From the IMG/VR virus record IMGVR_UViG_3300020274_000001, positions 1-64,000 of that record: a stretch of DNA of 64,000 nt; one strand, 5' to 3'. The notes below the pieces were generated by a model, which saw only the letters and a list, made by a program, of their open reading frames with translations, ran no database searches and was not told where the DNA came from. This document shows positions 50,388 through 59,564 of the stretch, piece by piece. The DNA is from a virus. Each line of letters begins with the position of its first letter. Within the stretch, counting starts at the first letter, position 1. A program made the translations under genes and the position numbers.

Positions 50388-50624
50388 ATGCAACTTAATT
50401 TTGCAAATGGATGGGGAGTATCCATCGTCGACTTCGGTTACGGAGCCGAGGAAGGACTTTCCGAATTGGCCGTCTTGAAAGACGGTAGACTGCACTACGA
50501 AAACCCCGTTGCTCGGGGCGACGTTCGCGGTTGGCTTACCGATGACGATGTGGGTAAACTCACATCCGAGGTTGAGTCTTGGTCTTCGGACCAAACTTTT
50601 CCCGAATGGGAAGAGGAAGAATGA
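50388..50624 (+). CDS. hypothetical protein (paralog A)
   Basis: NFANGWGVS...ELAVLK...RGWLT. Confidence 0.7.
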   Translation: MQLNFANGWGVSIVDFGYGAEEGLSELAVLKDGRLHYENPVARGDVRGWLTDDDVGKLTSEVESWSSDQTFPEWEEEE

Positions 50625-50639
50625 CCTAATGGGTCTCAG

Positions 50640-50909
50640 ATGCAAGAAATAATTGATTTTACTTCATCTCTTTATTTTGGAGATGAAGAAAAACTGAATT
50701 TTGCAAATGGTTGGGGAGTCTGCGTCGGCCTGATGATGGCTGGTTGTGGACAGCGGCTCTTCCGCTTGACCGTCCTGAAGAATGGTGACCCATACTTCAA
50801 CGACGACAGAGAATGGAGATGGCTTAAGGAGGCAGATGTCGCAAGACTGTCTGCCATCGTCAAGTCATGGACACCTAACCAAACTTTCCCCGGAGGGGAA
50901 GAAGAATGA
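50640..50909 (+). CDS. hypothetical protein (paralog B)
   Basis: NFANGWGVC...LTVLK...SWTPNQTFP; tandem duplicate of paralog A. Confidence 0.65.
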   Translation: MQEIIDFTSSLYFGDEEKLNFANGWGVCVGLMMAGCGQRLFRLTVLKNGDPYFNDDREWRWLKEADVARLSAIVKSWTPNQTFPGGEEE

Positions 50910-50924
50910 CCTAATGGGTCGCAG

Positions 50925-51101
50925 ATGGAAGAAATTCCACTATTTTTTTTGGACAGAAAGCACCTCTGGGTGGATAAGGACCTCAAGCCTACTGACGAGT
51001 GGGAACGAGCCGAATTCATCATGGAAGGGTCACTTCCAGTTCGAATTGCGAAACCCGGCTCTTTTGGAGCATGGGTTCACGAACTCCGCAAGACGGAGTA
51101 A
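50925..51101 (+). CDS. 58-aa hypothetical protein (not in ORF track)
   Basis: Exactly fills the interval between two hairpin elements. Confidence 0.55.
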   Translation: MEEIPLFFLDRKHLWVDKDLKPTDEWERAEFIMEGSLPVRIAKPGSFGAWVHELRKTE

Positions 51102-51118
51102 CCGGCCAATGGCCACAG

Positions 51119-51355
51119 ATGTATTCCAATACATATGGATTCAGCAGGAATCCCCCCATTTATAGGGGCATTCCCGGAGCAGGAAAAAGCGTTGCCGCTT
51201 TTGACTTGAGAAAACTTAACGAAATCGAAGTTACTGATTTTATTACAGAGTTCGAAAAAGCACTTTCGGGAATACAAGAAGAAAGAAAACTGATTGCCGC
51301 AGATAAAATCCGAAAGGCATTCCGTGCCTATATGGCGAGAACACGCGGAAAATGA
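51119..51355 (+). CDS. small protein with isolated Walker A-like segment
   Basis: IYRGIPGAGKS resembles IYRGLPGSGKS of ORF 54216. Confidence 0.5.
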   Translation: MYSNTYGFSRNPPIYRGIPGAGKSVAAFDLRKLNEIEVTDFITEFEKALSGIQEERKLIAADKIRKAFRAYMARTRGK

Positions 51356-51377
51356 CCCAATGGGTCGCAGAGTAAAC

Positions 51378-52013
51378 ATGTCAAACATAACTGATAATGG
51401 AAACCGCATGGTCGTTGATGACGACCTACATACCTACGCAATGGTTGCGTGGGTGGCGTCGCTGGCGCATAAAGACCAGCAACGTAAAACTGGAGGCGCG
51501 TATATTATGCACCCGTTGGGTGTATCGTGCCTAATCGACCCTGCATGGTCGAAACTTGATAACATGTGCGTGGCCGTTTGCCACGACGTCCTTGAAGACG
51601 TTCCACACATGTTGGATTACGCTAAGGAAGAACTCACTAAATATGGGTTTGGAATTAGTGCTGAAACAGAGCCTTGGGACTTCCTTTCCCCGAAAGGAAA
51701 ACTCACCCATTTGCTGGCTATATGCAGCAATGGGAACACGAGATGGGCTCGCTCTATTACTTCTAAAGTGATGGAACTTACGGTAGTTTGGCCTCGGCCA
51801 GACCATCCGGAAGATGACCCTAAAGACAAAGTTGCGAAGAAGGCGTGGGAAGTCGAGAGGATTCAGAACCTTTCGATGGATGCCGCATCCGTGACGAAGG
51901 CCGATAAGACCTTCAATTCGCTGAACCCAATCCCGGGTCGAGACCCGGTGAAGGAGGCGGCAAAGTATCAGCGATACTTTGACGCTGTTGACGCTCGAAT
52001 GTCGGAGGAGTAA
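51378..52013 (+). CDS. HD-domain hydrolase, RelA/SpoT-hydrolase (Mesh1)-like
   Basis: AHKDQQRK..AYIMHP, CHDVLED, KADKTFN. Confidence 0.8.
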   Translation: MSNITDNGNRMVVDDDLHTYAMVAWVASLAHKDQQRKTGGAYIMHPLGVSCLIDPAWSKLDNMCVAVCHDVLEDVPHMLDYAKEELTKYGFGISAETEPWDFLSPKGKLTHLLAICSNGNTRWARSITSKVMELTVVWPRPDHPEDDPKDKVAKKAWEVERIQNLSMDAASVTKADKTFNSLNPIPGRDPVKEAAKYQRYFDAVDARMSEE

Positions 52014-52045
52014 GACCGACTCGGTTCCCTAATGGGGGACCCCAG

Positions 52046-53083
52046 ATGTCAGACGACATTGAATTGTATGATGAGGTAGACCTCATCAAAAAGATGACGA
52101 GAGATTTGAAAAAATCGTCATCTTCATTGAAGAAACCGGAAGTTCGGTTTCTGGTTGATGCATACTACCGTATGCAGGAAAAGCGTATCCAATACGCCAG
52201 CCAGATTCGAACTATGAAGGAATTCGGTGAGCCGCACGAACTACTAACATGGTTCTACACGCAGGCTCATACCCTTGAAAAGCAAATTGCTGGAGCACTC
52301 GATGCTTACAGCACGAGCAATAAAGTGGGACAATGGATGCGAAGCATTCCGGGCATTGGTCCGGTAATTGCGGCTGGATTCATGGCTCACCTTGATATTG
52401 CTCCGTGGCGTTGTCATAACGTCGGACTCAAGGGCAAGAAAAACCTTCCTTGCACCGCTGAAAAGGGTGCCTGCACAGACAATTGTGGCCACGAGCCTAT
52501 CAATTACGCTGGACAATGGCACACGTTTGCAGGAATGAATCCTCGCATCCAGTGGGAAAAGAAAACACGCCGACCATGGAACACAGCACTCAAAACGCTG
52601 TGTTACAAGTTGGGTGAATCGTTCGTAAAGGTTCAAAACCATAAGGACGATTTCTACGGTCAAATCTTCGTTGCGCGTAAATCCCAAGAATGGGAGCGCA
52701 ACTTCAATGGTGAGAATGCCAAAGCGGCAGAACTTGCTTTGAAGAAAAACATCGGAAAGAACACGAATGCCTACAAGTGGTATTCTGGAGCAGTGGCCAG
52801 TGATTGGGCACGTTCAGAGTGGGAATCCGATAAGAAAGGACAGAAGTTTGGAGGAGCAACGCTCCCCAAGAAAGCAATTGTTGAAGACGGAACACCTATG
52901 CTTCCGCCGGCACACATTCACGCACGAGCGCGACGCTATGTCGCCAAGTTGTTCTTGTTCCACCTGCATCAAGTTATGTGGGAAGTTGAACAAGGTGAAT
53001 CACCGCCACCACAGGCTTTCTTCCAAGACAGTGAAAACATCATTGAGGTGCCAACTGTCTTCCCGAACTCTCCGTTCGTTTGA
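52046..53083 (+). CDS. IS110/Nop-family RNA-binding protein lacking a RuvC domain (TasA-like)
   Basis: Coiled coil LVDAYYRMQEKRI; HhH SIPGIGPVIAA; FAGMNP; PWNTALKTLCYKLGESFVK; AHIHARARRYVAKLFL; no N-terminal DEDD. Confidence 0.75.
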   Translation: MSDDIELYDEVDLIKKMTRDLKKSSSSLKKPEVRFLVDAYYRMQEKRIQYASQIRTMKEFGEPHELLTWFYTQAHTLEKQIAGALDAYSTSNKVGQWMRSIPGIGPVIAAGFMAHLDIAPWRCHNVGLKGKKNLPCTAEKGACTDNCGHEPINYAGQWHTFAGMNPRIQWEKKTRRPWNTALKTLCYKLGESFVKVQNHKDDFYGQIFVARKSQEWERNFNGENAKAAELALKKNIGKNTNAYKWYSGAVASDWARSEWESDKKGQKFGGATLPKKAIVEDGTPMLPPAHIHARARRYVAKLFLFHLHQVMWEVEQGESPPPQAFFQDSENIIEVPTVFPNSPFV

Positions 53084-53112
53084 AGAAAAACAACGGCCCC
53101 AGTGGCCATAGA

Positions 53113-53265
53113 ATGATGTCTTTTGAGACTGAACATGGATTGGTAACAATCCACTTTGATGATAAGAGTTTGATGATTACTTCCAGTAAGCAGGTAATGA
53201 ATATTGAACTCTTTCAAGCCTTCATTGGCTACATGGAACGTATTAATGCTGTTCCGGCTCAATGA
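53113..53265 (+). CDS. hypothetical protein
   Basis: Bounded by hairpin elements. Confidence 0.5.
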   Translation: MMSFETEHGLVTIHFDDKSLMITSSKQVMNIELFQAFIGYMERINAVPAQ

Positions 53266-53272
53266 GCCATAG

Positions 53273-53455
53273 ATGCTGTGTTATGCACGTATTGAAAAGG
53301 GTAGCGCATGGAAAATATGTGGTCACAAAATGAGTGACTACGTTCCATTTGCTGGACGCATGCAATGCCCTACTTGTGGAGTGAAAGGAAGTTTCCGCTC
53401 TCCAGAATATGTTGAGAATGAACCAAGATATATTTTGGTTAATCCAGCAGAATAA
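53273..53455 (+). CDS. small Zn-finger protein
   Basis: C..ICG...CPTCG; ATG directly after hairpin+ATAG. Confidence 0.6.
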   Translation: MLCYARIEKGSAWKICGHKMSDYVPFAGRMQCPTCGVKGSFRSPEYVENEPRYILVNPAE

Positions 53456-53609
53456 AGGCCAATGGCCATAGAACCAACCATCATACAAGAATTGCACTAT
53501 GCACGAATGGTTCACAGAGCACGCTATTAATGAGGAACTGCAAAAGCGGCGAATGCTCATAGAACCAAATCAGAGCCAATGTAATATATTTGAAAAGTAA
53601 GGTTCACAG

Positions 53610-53771
53610 ATGACACAAAAAAGTTGTCCGAATTGTGGAAAGGTCTACGAGACCGATTTCCCTACTCGTGAAGAAGCAGTTGCCAATGGTGGCACCGCTA
53701 TTCAAAGAGAGCAACACCAAACAGGAATCTGTTCCGACAAATGTTGGGATGAATTCCTTGGTCTTGCTTGA
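53610..53771 (+). CDS. 53-aa Zn-finger protein (not in ORF track)
   Basis: MTQKSCPNCG...GICSDKCWDEFLG; ATG after GGTTC-ACAG. Confidence 0.65.
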   Translation: MTQKSCPNCGKVYETDFPTREEAVANGGTAIQREQHQTGICSDKCWDEFLGLA

Positions 53772-53791
53772 AACGGTCTTATGGACCACAG

Positions 53792-54037
53792 ATGTCGAAG
53801 CAAAACGACAAAGCATACACAACCGAAGATATCGGTAAAGAAGTAACGTTGAATATTGATGGCGTTGCTCTCAACGATGTCGTGGTCGAAGTTGCACTAC
53901 CCGGAAGGGGAAGCATCATCGGCCCTACATTTGTGTGCGCTCACATATTTGCTCGTCTGACTATGATGGAGGCCATGATGGCCGCATCAGCACACGCCAA
54001 CCGAGAGCGTGATGATTGGTCAGACGAAATGGCTTGA
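53792..54037 (+). CDS. hypothetical protein
   Basis: Start after hairpin+ACAG. Confidence 0.55.
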   Translation: MSKQNDKAYTTEDIGKEVTLNIDGVALNDVVVEVALPGRGSIIGPTFVCAHIFARLTMMEAMMAASAHANRERDDWSDEMA

Positions 54038-54062
54038 TGCCAGACGGTCCTATGGACCACAG

Positions 54063-54200
54063 ATGAAATGTCCACACTGTGACAAATCTATCGCTGTCCG
54101 GCTTGAACAACCGGGCAAGAAGGCGGCTCGCCGTCGAACTCTTCGTGCCCGTAAGGCAGAGAAGTTGAGAGAAATCCAACCATCTAACGAAGAAGAATGA
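54063..54200 (+). CDS. small basic protein with CPHC
   Basis: Start after hairpin+ACAG. Confidence 0.55.
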   Translation: MKCPHCDKSIAVRLEQPGKKAARRRTLRARKAEKLREIQPSNEEE

Positions 54201-54215
54201 CCCAATGGGTCGCAG

Positions 54216-54803
54216 ATGTTCTCTAAAAAAGACATTTATGATGATATGATTGGCAATGCCAGTCCCGATGTTATTCGGTATATGAAGGAATATTACGGTT
54301 CACCCCGTAATTTCTTCAACGAAAATGAGGTAGAGGCTTACAACCCTAAACCTCAAAAGCCGAAAAAGAAAGGCACGGTAATCATCTATCGTGGTTTGCC
54401 CGGAAGTGGCAAATCAACTTCCATCTCTAAAAGGTTCCCGAACGCCGCCGTGTGTTCGGCGGACCACCATTTCTATGGTGAAGATGGAGAATACAATTTC
54501 AAACCATGGGAACTTCCCATGGCACATCAAGAGTGTTACTATAATTTCGTCAACCTTCTCTTCGCTGAAGAGGAATTGGTGATTGTAGACAACACGAATA
54601 TGTGTAGATGGGAGTATATGAATTATGCTCTCCTCGCCCAAAAGATGGGATACAAAGTGAGAATCATTTGCATGGCCCCCGGTCTGCATGATTCGACCTC
54701 TATCCCGACACTCGCCGAGCGAAACAAGCATGGAGTGGATGTTGATACCATCTGCAAAATGCAGTCTCGTTATGAACCCGAGTATGGGGAAGAAATTGAG
54801 TAA
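54216..54803 (+). CDS. P-loop kinase (AAA_33 / N4BP2-like polynucleotide kinase family)
   Basis: YRGLPGSGKST, CSADHHF, IVDNTN, RNKHGV. Confidence 0.82.
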   Translation: MFSKKDIYDDMIGNASPDVIRYMKEYYGSPRNFFNENEVEAYNPKPQKPKKKGTVIIYRGLPGSGKSTSISKRFPNAAVCSADHHFYGEDGEYNFKPWELPMAHQECYYNFVNLLFAEEELVIVDNTNMCRWEYMNYALLAQKMGYKVRIICMAPGLHDSTSIPTLAERNKHGVDVDTICKMQSRYEPEYGEEIE

Positions 54804-54821
54804 CGGTCCAATGGACCATAG

Positions 54822-54982
54822 TCTGGTAGTTACGAGGTGGCAATAACCCGCCTTAATCGTCCGAGGGTCGCTCCCTTGGGGCCTCGTAGCAACCTCGCTT
54901 GGGTGGAGGCTTTCCACCGCTTGACTTCCTCGGACTTCGGTCCTTGCCGTTCCCAAGACGGGAGGATTAGGTGGGTGCCAGA
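54822..54982 (+). ncRNA. GC-rich structured RNA (about 160 nt)
   Basis: Starts right after hairpin+ATAG; closed by TCTGGTA/TGCCAGA; internal stems incl. GGAC-TTCG-GTCC. Confidence 0.45.
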
Positions 54983-55109
54983 CATCCAAGCGTAGATTAA
55001 AATGAGTATGAAATCGAAGACGCAGACTTTCGTGGTCTGCATGACTTTGATGATGTTCGGTCTTTTCACGACCGTCATCATGCAACTCGGCTAATGGCCA
55101 CAGAGCAAC

Positions 55110-55313
55110 ATGGGTAACAGAGGAAATCCATCACGCAAGTCTCGTTGGAGCGGAAAAGCCCATATTAAGGCTGAAGAGAAGCGAAGACGAAGAGAAGAAG
55201 CAAAACAAGCGATAAGGGAAGCACAAATAGAAAGGGTGGAATGTGAAAACGAAGTAATACTCTACCGAAGAATCCCTATTCGATATGATGGCGTAATACG
55301 CAATCATAATTGA
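55110..55313 (+). CDS. small basic protein
   Basis: Bounded by hairpin elements. Confidence 0.5.
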   Translation: MGNRGNPSRKSRWSGKAHIKAEEKRRRREEAKQAIREAQIERVECENEVILYRRIPIRYDGVIRNHN

Positions 55314-55540
55314 TTCTTAACGGCCAATGGCCACAGAAAACTGTTAAAGACAATCCGAAGTATGGAGTGACATGCAAGACTACCAAGTCCGATGCACCGT
55401 TGCGGCCATGCTTTATGTCGGAGGGCAAGTTAAGTCCTACGAAGAAGCATTGAAAATTGCAGACAGCATGTTGAATGCTTCTAAGCAGTATCAAGGTTAA
55501 TCGCACATATGTGCCAAAAAAAACCATAGAACAGGGCACA

Positions 55541-55582
55541 ACATATGTGCCTCACGCACACTCATATAATGAAGGAGGAGAG
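55541..55582 (+). promoter_or_regulatory. promoter-like repeat, copy 3
   Basis: Same 30-nt core; an additional CACATATGTG palindrome at 55504. Confidence 0.75.
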
Positions 55583-56715
55583 GACCACCAATCCAGAATC
55601 CTTCATAACCCGAGTGTCGCGGAATACTAATTCCGAATGTCACTCGGGTTAGTGTTATTTCATAGAAGGGAGTTTGCTCGAAGCCGAGCATCCCCACAGA
55701 ATACCTACGTGTAAACCCACAAGTGCCTCTTCGGAGGTTGGCCTAATCAGAGGTCCTCGGCGAAAGCCGACCTAATTGTGGTCTCGTAGGGGACACCACC
55801 CCTCCGGCTTGGCCGGTTGGAGTGTGGATTGTGTGTCTTACCGGGGAGTAGCATGAAGACTCCCAAGGTAGGGCTTGGGTATGGTCCGTTCAAAAGGACC
55901 ATAATGCGCAATTGAACACAAGAAGAAAAAAGACAGGAAAATAGTTTGCCGGTAATCAACCCGGGGCTATGGACGTGTTCGCCTTCGGGCGAAGAAGATG
56001 TGCCGGGAAGAGGAAACCCGGTTGTTCTTGGAAACATTACTGCCGTATTCTGGCTGGCACCAGAAGGAGTAGTGGAGAAAGGAGACCCCCTTGGGGGGAT
56101 ACGGAATCATGCTGGGCCTGCACTAACACTGCGGGGTTCCCGGTGATTCTAACGCGCCTGCGGGTTGATAACCGCAGGCCACCGACCATGACGTGAAAAC
56201 CAAAAGGTCGGCATCTGACACAACCGAGAAATCGGACTTTAGTAGATTAACACTCGAACGAGATTTTCTGAATTGTGGACCTGCCGGTTTAAGACCGGAC
56301 GGGCCGAAAGGTATCAATTGGACTGAGGGACCGCTGAATAAGCGGGTCGGCGTTTTAGTCGTTTACCGAAACAAGGAATGGACACGTATCAACGATAATG
56401 ACTTATCACCAATGAACGTCTTACGGTTAGTTCCGTTCCTGTGAATAACTCAAATGCTCTTGGAGAATGTAGCCGTAAGACGTTAAATTCTCTGTCAATA
56501 GAGCCTCCCCATGCCTCCCCGGATGGACACACGTAGATGATGAACTTATTTCATCCGCCACGCTTTGTGAAAGCAACTACGACAGCAGACAAGGAAGGAA
56601 CATCTTCCTTAACTGCATCATTGAAAGCACTTCACGGCGACATGGTGCGAAGAGGATATCCTCCGAGCACTACAACAACTAAAACAAGAGTGGATTGAAG
56701 TTCACTCTTTTTTTT
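55570..56715 (+). ncRNA. large ornate noncoding RNA (about 1.15 kb)
   Basis: Dense stems with UUCG/GNRA loops (55726, 55757, 55978, 56224); long pairings 55606/55641 and 56415/56472; no credible ORF. Confidence 0.7.
56686..56715 (+). terminator. hairpin plus T-run
   Basis: AAGAGTGGA-TTGAAG-TTCACTCTT-TTTTTT. Confidence 0.55.
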
Positions 56716-56779
56716 GGGATTCGAAACATAGAATATGAAATTTATTTAGAATGAACGAACTCGAATCTCTTAGGTTAAA

Positions 56780-58264
56780 ATGTCAAACAAAAAGACAAAC
56801 AACAACCGCAAATCCGGTAATGCCGGAAAGGGAGGCAATGCCTCCAAGCGAGGAAACCACAAGCAGGGGCGCGGGAAACCAGCCTCTCGTGATGACCTCA
56901 AAGGTGGGAGCAGTAATGGTTACAACCATCGCTCTCCTATCGGAAATCGTAAGTCAAAGAGACACAACACTCACCGAGTGAGTGCTGATAAAGCCTCTGG
57001 CAAGCAAAACACGAAACCGAAGATGATGCCGAAAGGTAGAATTCCTCGGAACAGCAAGGCACCAATGGTTCCTTGGGTAGAACTTCCAAAGTCTGCTCAA
57101 GTCCACCATTACTACTTTGTTATTCGTGAATGTCTTGAAGGTGCTTACGAATGGGATGCGAAAAACAAGGCTCGAAACCTTGGAATTCGCCAACTCGACC
57201 TGCACGGCTCAACAGCCGGCTCTGTCGAGTCTATGTTGACCCAAACCGCTCGACTACGTCGTGATTGGAGAGCCGTTGTTGGTATTCTAAGAATGCTACA
57301 CGCGGACGACCTAATCTCGGCTTCATTTGTCGAGAAGATACTGAACAACCATCCTCTAACGGGTGCTAAGTCAGTAAGGGTCACCCAAGACACTGAATTC
57401 GTTAGCGATTACATTCGTGACAAGAGTTCTCTGTCGAACAAATCATGGGTAAAAGATGCGAAAGCATCGTATACTCGTGCACTCAAACGCATTCGTGCTG
57501 ATTGGGAGAAGGAAACGGTTGACGCTGAAAAAGCGAAATACCCAGACCTCTCTGATGAACAATACGCACATGCGGCCAGCGTTGCATGGAAAGCAATGTC
57601 GAATGACCGAAAGGCACCGACAATTGAAGTGGATGGTGAATCTATTCTGTGTAAAACAGAGGATGCCTTCGTTTCTGCTCACATGCAACGTCGAGCACGC
57701 AAGGAAGCCGCAAGGCTCCCTGCCCTATACCGCCTCAAAGGTGGAGTATCTTACAAGATGTTGGATAAAGACGGCGAGATTGTTTCTCGTTCCGACTTCG
57801 TTAACATCGAATACGCTGTAAGAAACAACGGCAAAATTTTCATTGCCGTCGTCAATGGAGGAGGAAGAGGAAAGGTGGCTAATTCACCATTCCGCTCCGA
57901 AGCATACAACATGAAATCCCGTAAGGGAGATGAGTTGCACATTGATGATGTTGGAACGCCCACAGAGGTGGAAACCAACGTAATTCAGCGTGAGATACCC
58001 GAAACCGAGGGAGCAAAACTCCCATCAGACCCTAAGCGTCTGAAAGAGGTTCTTGGTGACGAAAAGAGGATGAATAAAATCCTTGAACCGGACATGCATC
58101 TTCCCGTCGAGGAAGTTATTGACCGGATGAACCAAGCACAATGGGGAGTTCCTTCGCAATCGAAAGATAAAGCGAAGAAACGCTCAAAGAAGGCGACGAG
58201 AAAGGTGGACATGTCCGCTAACCGTCGTGCTGGTCGACGCTCTGACAAGAGCGAAGATGAGTGA
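56780..58264 (+). CDS. 494-aa protein with very basic disordered termini (candidate RNA-binding protein)
   Basis: K/R/N/G-rich first 90 aa and last 35 aa; directly follows the large ncRNA. Confidence 0.7.
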   Translation: MSNKKTNNNRKSGNAGKGGNASKRGNHKQGRGKPASRDDLKGGSSNGYNHRSPIGNRKSKRHNTHRVSADKASGKQNTKPKMMPKGRIPRNSKAPMVPWVELPKSAQVHHYYFVIRECLEGAYEWDAKNKARNLGIRQLDLHGSTAGSVESMLTQTARLRRDWRAVVGILRMLHADDLISASFVEKILNNHPLTGAKSVRVTQDTEFVSDYIRDKSSLSNKSWVKDAKASYTRALKRIRADWEKETVDAEKAKYPDLSDEQYAHAASVAWKAMSNDRKAPTIEVDGESILCKTEDAFVSAHMQRRARKEAARLPALYRLKGGVSYKMLDKDGEIVSRSDFVNIEYAVRNNGKIFIAVVNGGGRGKVANSPFRSEAYNMKSRKGDELHIDDVGTPTEVETNVIQREIPETEGAKLPSDPKRLKEVLGDEKRMNKILEPDMHLPVEEVIDRMNQAQWGVPSQSKDKAKKRSKKATRKVDMSANRRAGRRSDKSEDE

Positions 58265-58276
58265 TGTCGGGGGCCA

Positions 58277-58738
58277 ATGGCCCCCCCAGTGCAAACCGAT
58301 ACTAACACTATTGATTACACGCAAGCCGTCAATGACGGTATAGTCGTTCTTCAGAACGGCGTCCGGGTGCTTAACAGTTCACCCCACTCCTTCGTCTTCG
58401 ACGATGGGACTACGGTGCCGTCTTGCGGCATCAGCCTCAACTGTGACTTTGTCGAAAACGAGGCTAACCCGAAAGACATTTTCAGCGACCTCACGTTTGT
58501 GACGATTGCGAAGATGCCGCGAGCAGAGGGCATTGCGTTCCTCGACGTCGTTCCAATCGACGTTCTCGTGCTCGGGTCTGCACATGCGGCAGAAGCCTAT
58601 GGCTTTCCTGTCGTTATGCCGGTTCCAACACCGGATTCTAAAAGAGGCTCCTTCGCTGATAGGAGAGTCTGCTCTGACCGTTTCACGGTTACCCAGACTC
58701 CACCCGTTCGTTCGGGGGTCTCTTTGGACAGTCTTTGA
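58277..58738 (+). CDS. hypothetical protein (phage-type)
   Basis: LNSSPHSFVF...VLVLGS pattern; start overlaps a hairpin element. Confidence 0.55.
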   Translation: MAPPVQTDTNTIDYTQAVNDGIVVLQNGVRVLNSSPHSFVFDDGTTVPSCGISLNCDFVENEANPKDIFSDLTFVTIAKMPRAEGIAFLDVVPIDVLVLGSAHAAEAYGFPVVMPVPTPDSKRGSFADRRVCSDRFTVTQTPPVRSGVSLDSL

Positions 58739-58846
58739 GACGGCCAATGGCCACAGTAAACATACAAGGCGATGCCTGCGGAAACGCAGTCATCGCTTAT
58801 TTTTTTGGGCGAGATATTCATATACTCTCGCCGTAGAGGTAAAGAC

Positions 58847-59341
58847 ATGAGTCATTACACTGAAGTAAAGTCGGCATTCAGCAGTGAACACACTACTGAA
58901 ATGGTGTCGGCTTTGGAGGAATTGTGGCCAGAAGCCACAATTCTTGTTAGCGAAGAAGGAACCGCTAAATGCCGTGGATGGCCGGGGCAACAGCCCCGTA
59001 ACTGCCACGTTGTTGTTCGTTTCCGAAACCCAAATATCGAAAAGCAAGGAAACTATGATATTGGGTTCATCAAGAGAGCCGATGGCTCTTATGCGATGAT
59101 TTCTGATTGGTATGCTTGCACATACCCAGAAGCAACGAACGACCAAGGGCGAACCGGTTCTAACGCAGTAGAGGGAATGATTAAGCCACTCTACACTAAG
59201 AATCTGATGAAGAAGACTTTGAAGAAGAACAAGCGATTGCGAGGCTTCAAAGACATCAGTAAGAAGAACGACATTATCACAAAGAAGGATAAGAACGGAA
59301 AGAGTGTTCGATACGCTCGACTACGTTACCAAAGGACGTGA
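58847..59341 (+). CDS. DUF1257 (Ycf35-like) protein
   Basis: MSHYTEVKS..ALEEL...YDIGFIKRADGSYAMISDWY. Confidence 0.75.
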   Translation: MSHYTEVKSAFSSEHTTEMVSALEELWPEATILVSEEGTAKCRGWPGQQPRNCHVVVRFRNPNIEKQGNYDIGFIKRADGSYAMISDWYACTYPEATNDQGRTGSNAVEGMIKPLYTKNLMKKTLKKNKRLRGFKDISKKNDIITKKDKNGKSVRYARLRYQRT

Positions 59342-59345
59342 TTTA

Positions 59346-59564
59346 ATGGGTAAAACGAAATCAGAAATAATCGAGGTTCTAATCCCTGTGGATGACCCCG
59401 ATGTGCCCATCAGTATTGATGCGCTGAATTTCGAAGGTGACGCTTGTTCACTTGCCACCGCAGAGTTTGAAAAGGCTCTCGGTAAGGTCGAGTCGAAGAA
59501 GTTGAAACCAGAGTTTCGAAAGAAAAAGGTCAAGGCAAAACGCAACATTCAGTTGGGTAATTGA
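59346..59564 (+). CDS. DUF2997-like protein
   Basis: ISIDALNFEGDACSLATAEFEKALG..KLKPEF. Confidence 0.75.
   Translation: MGKTKSEIIEVLIPVDDPDVPISIDALNFEGDACSLATAEFEKALGKVESKKLKPEFRKKKVKAKRNIQLGN

Noticed and set aside
52046-53083. Complete IS110 transposon or canonical TIGR locus
   Set aside because: No N-terminal DEDD/RuvC domain, no IS ends and no periodic array of about 36 nt visible. The gene is embedded like its neighbours between hairpin elements.
55747-56444. Short ORFs within the 55.6-56.7 kb region
   Set aside because: Overlapping on both strands with atypical composition; better explained by a GC-rich structured RNA.
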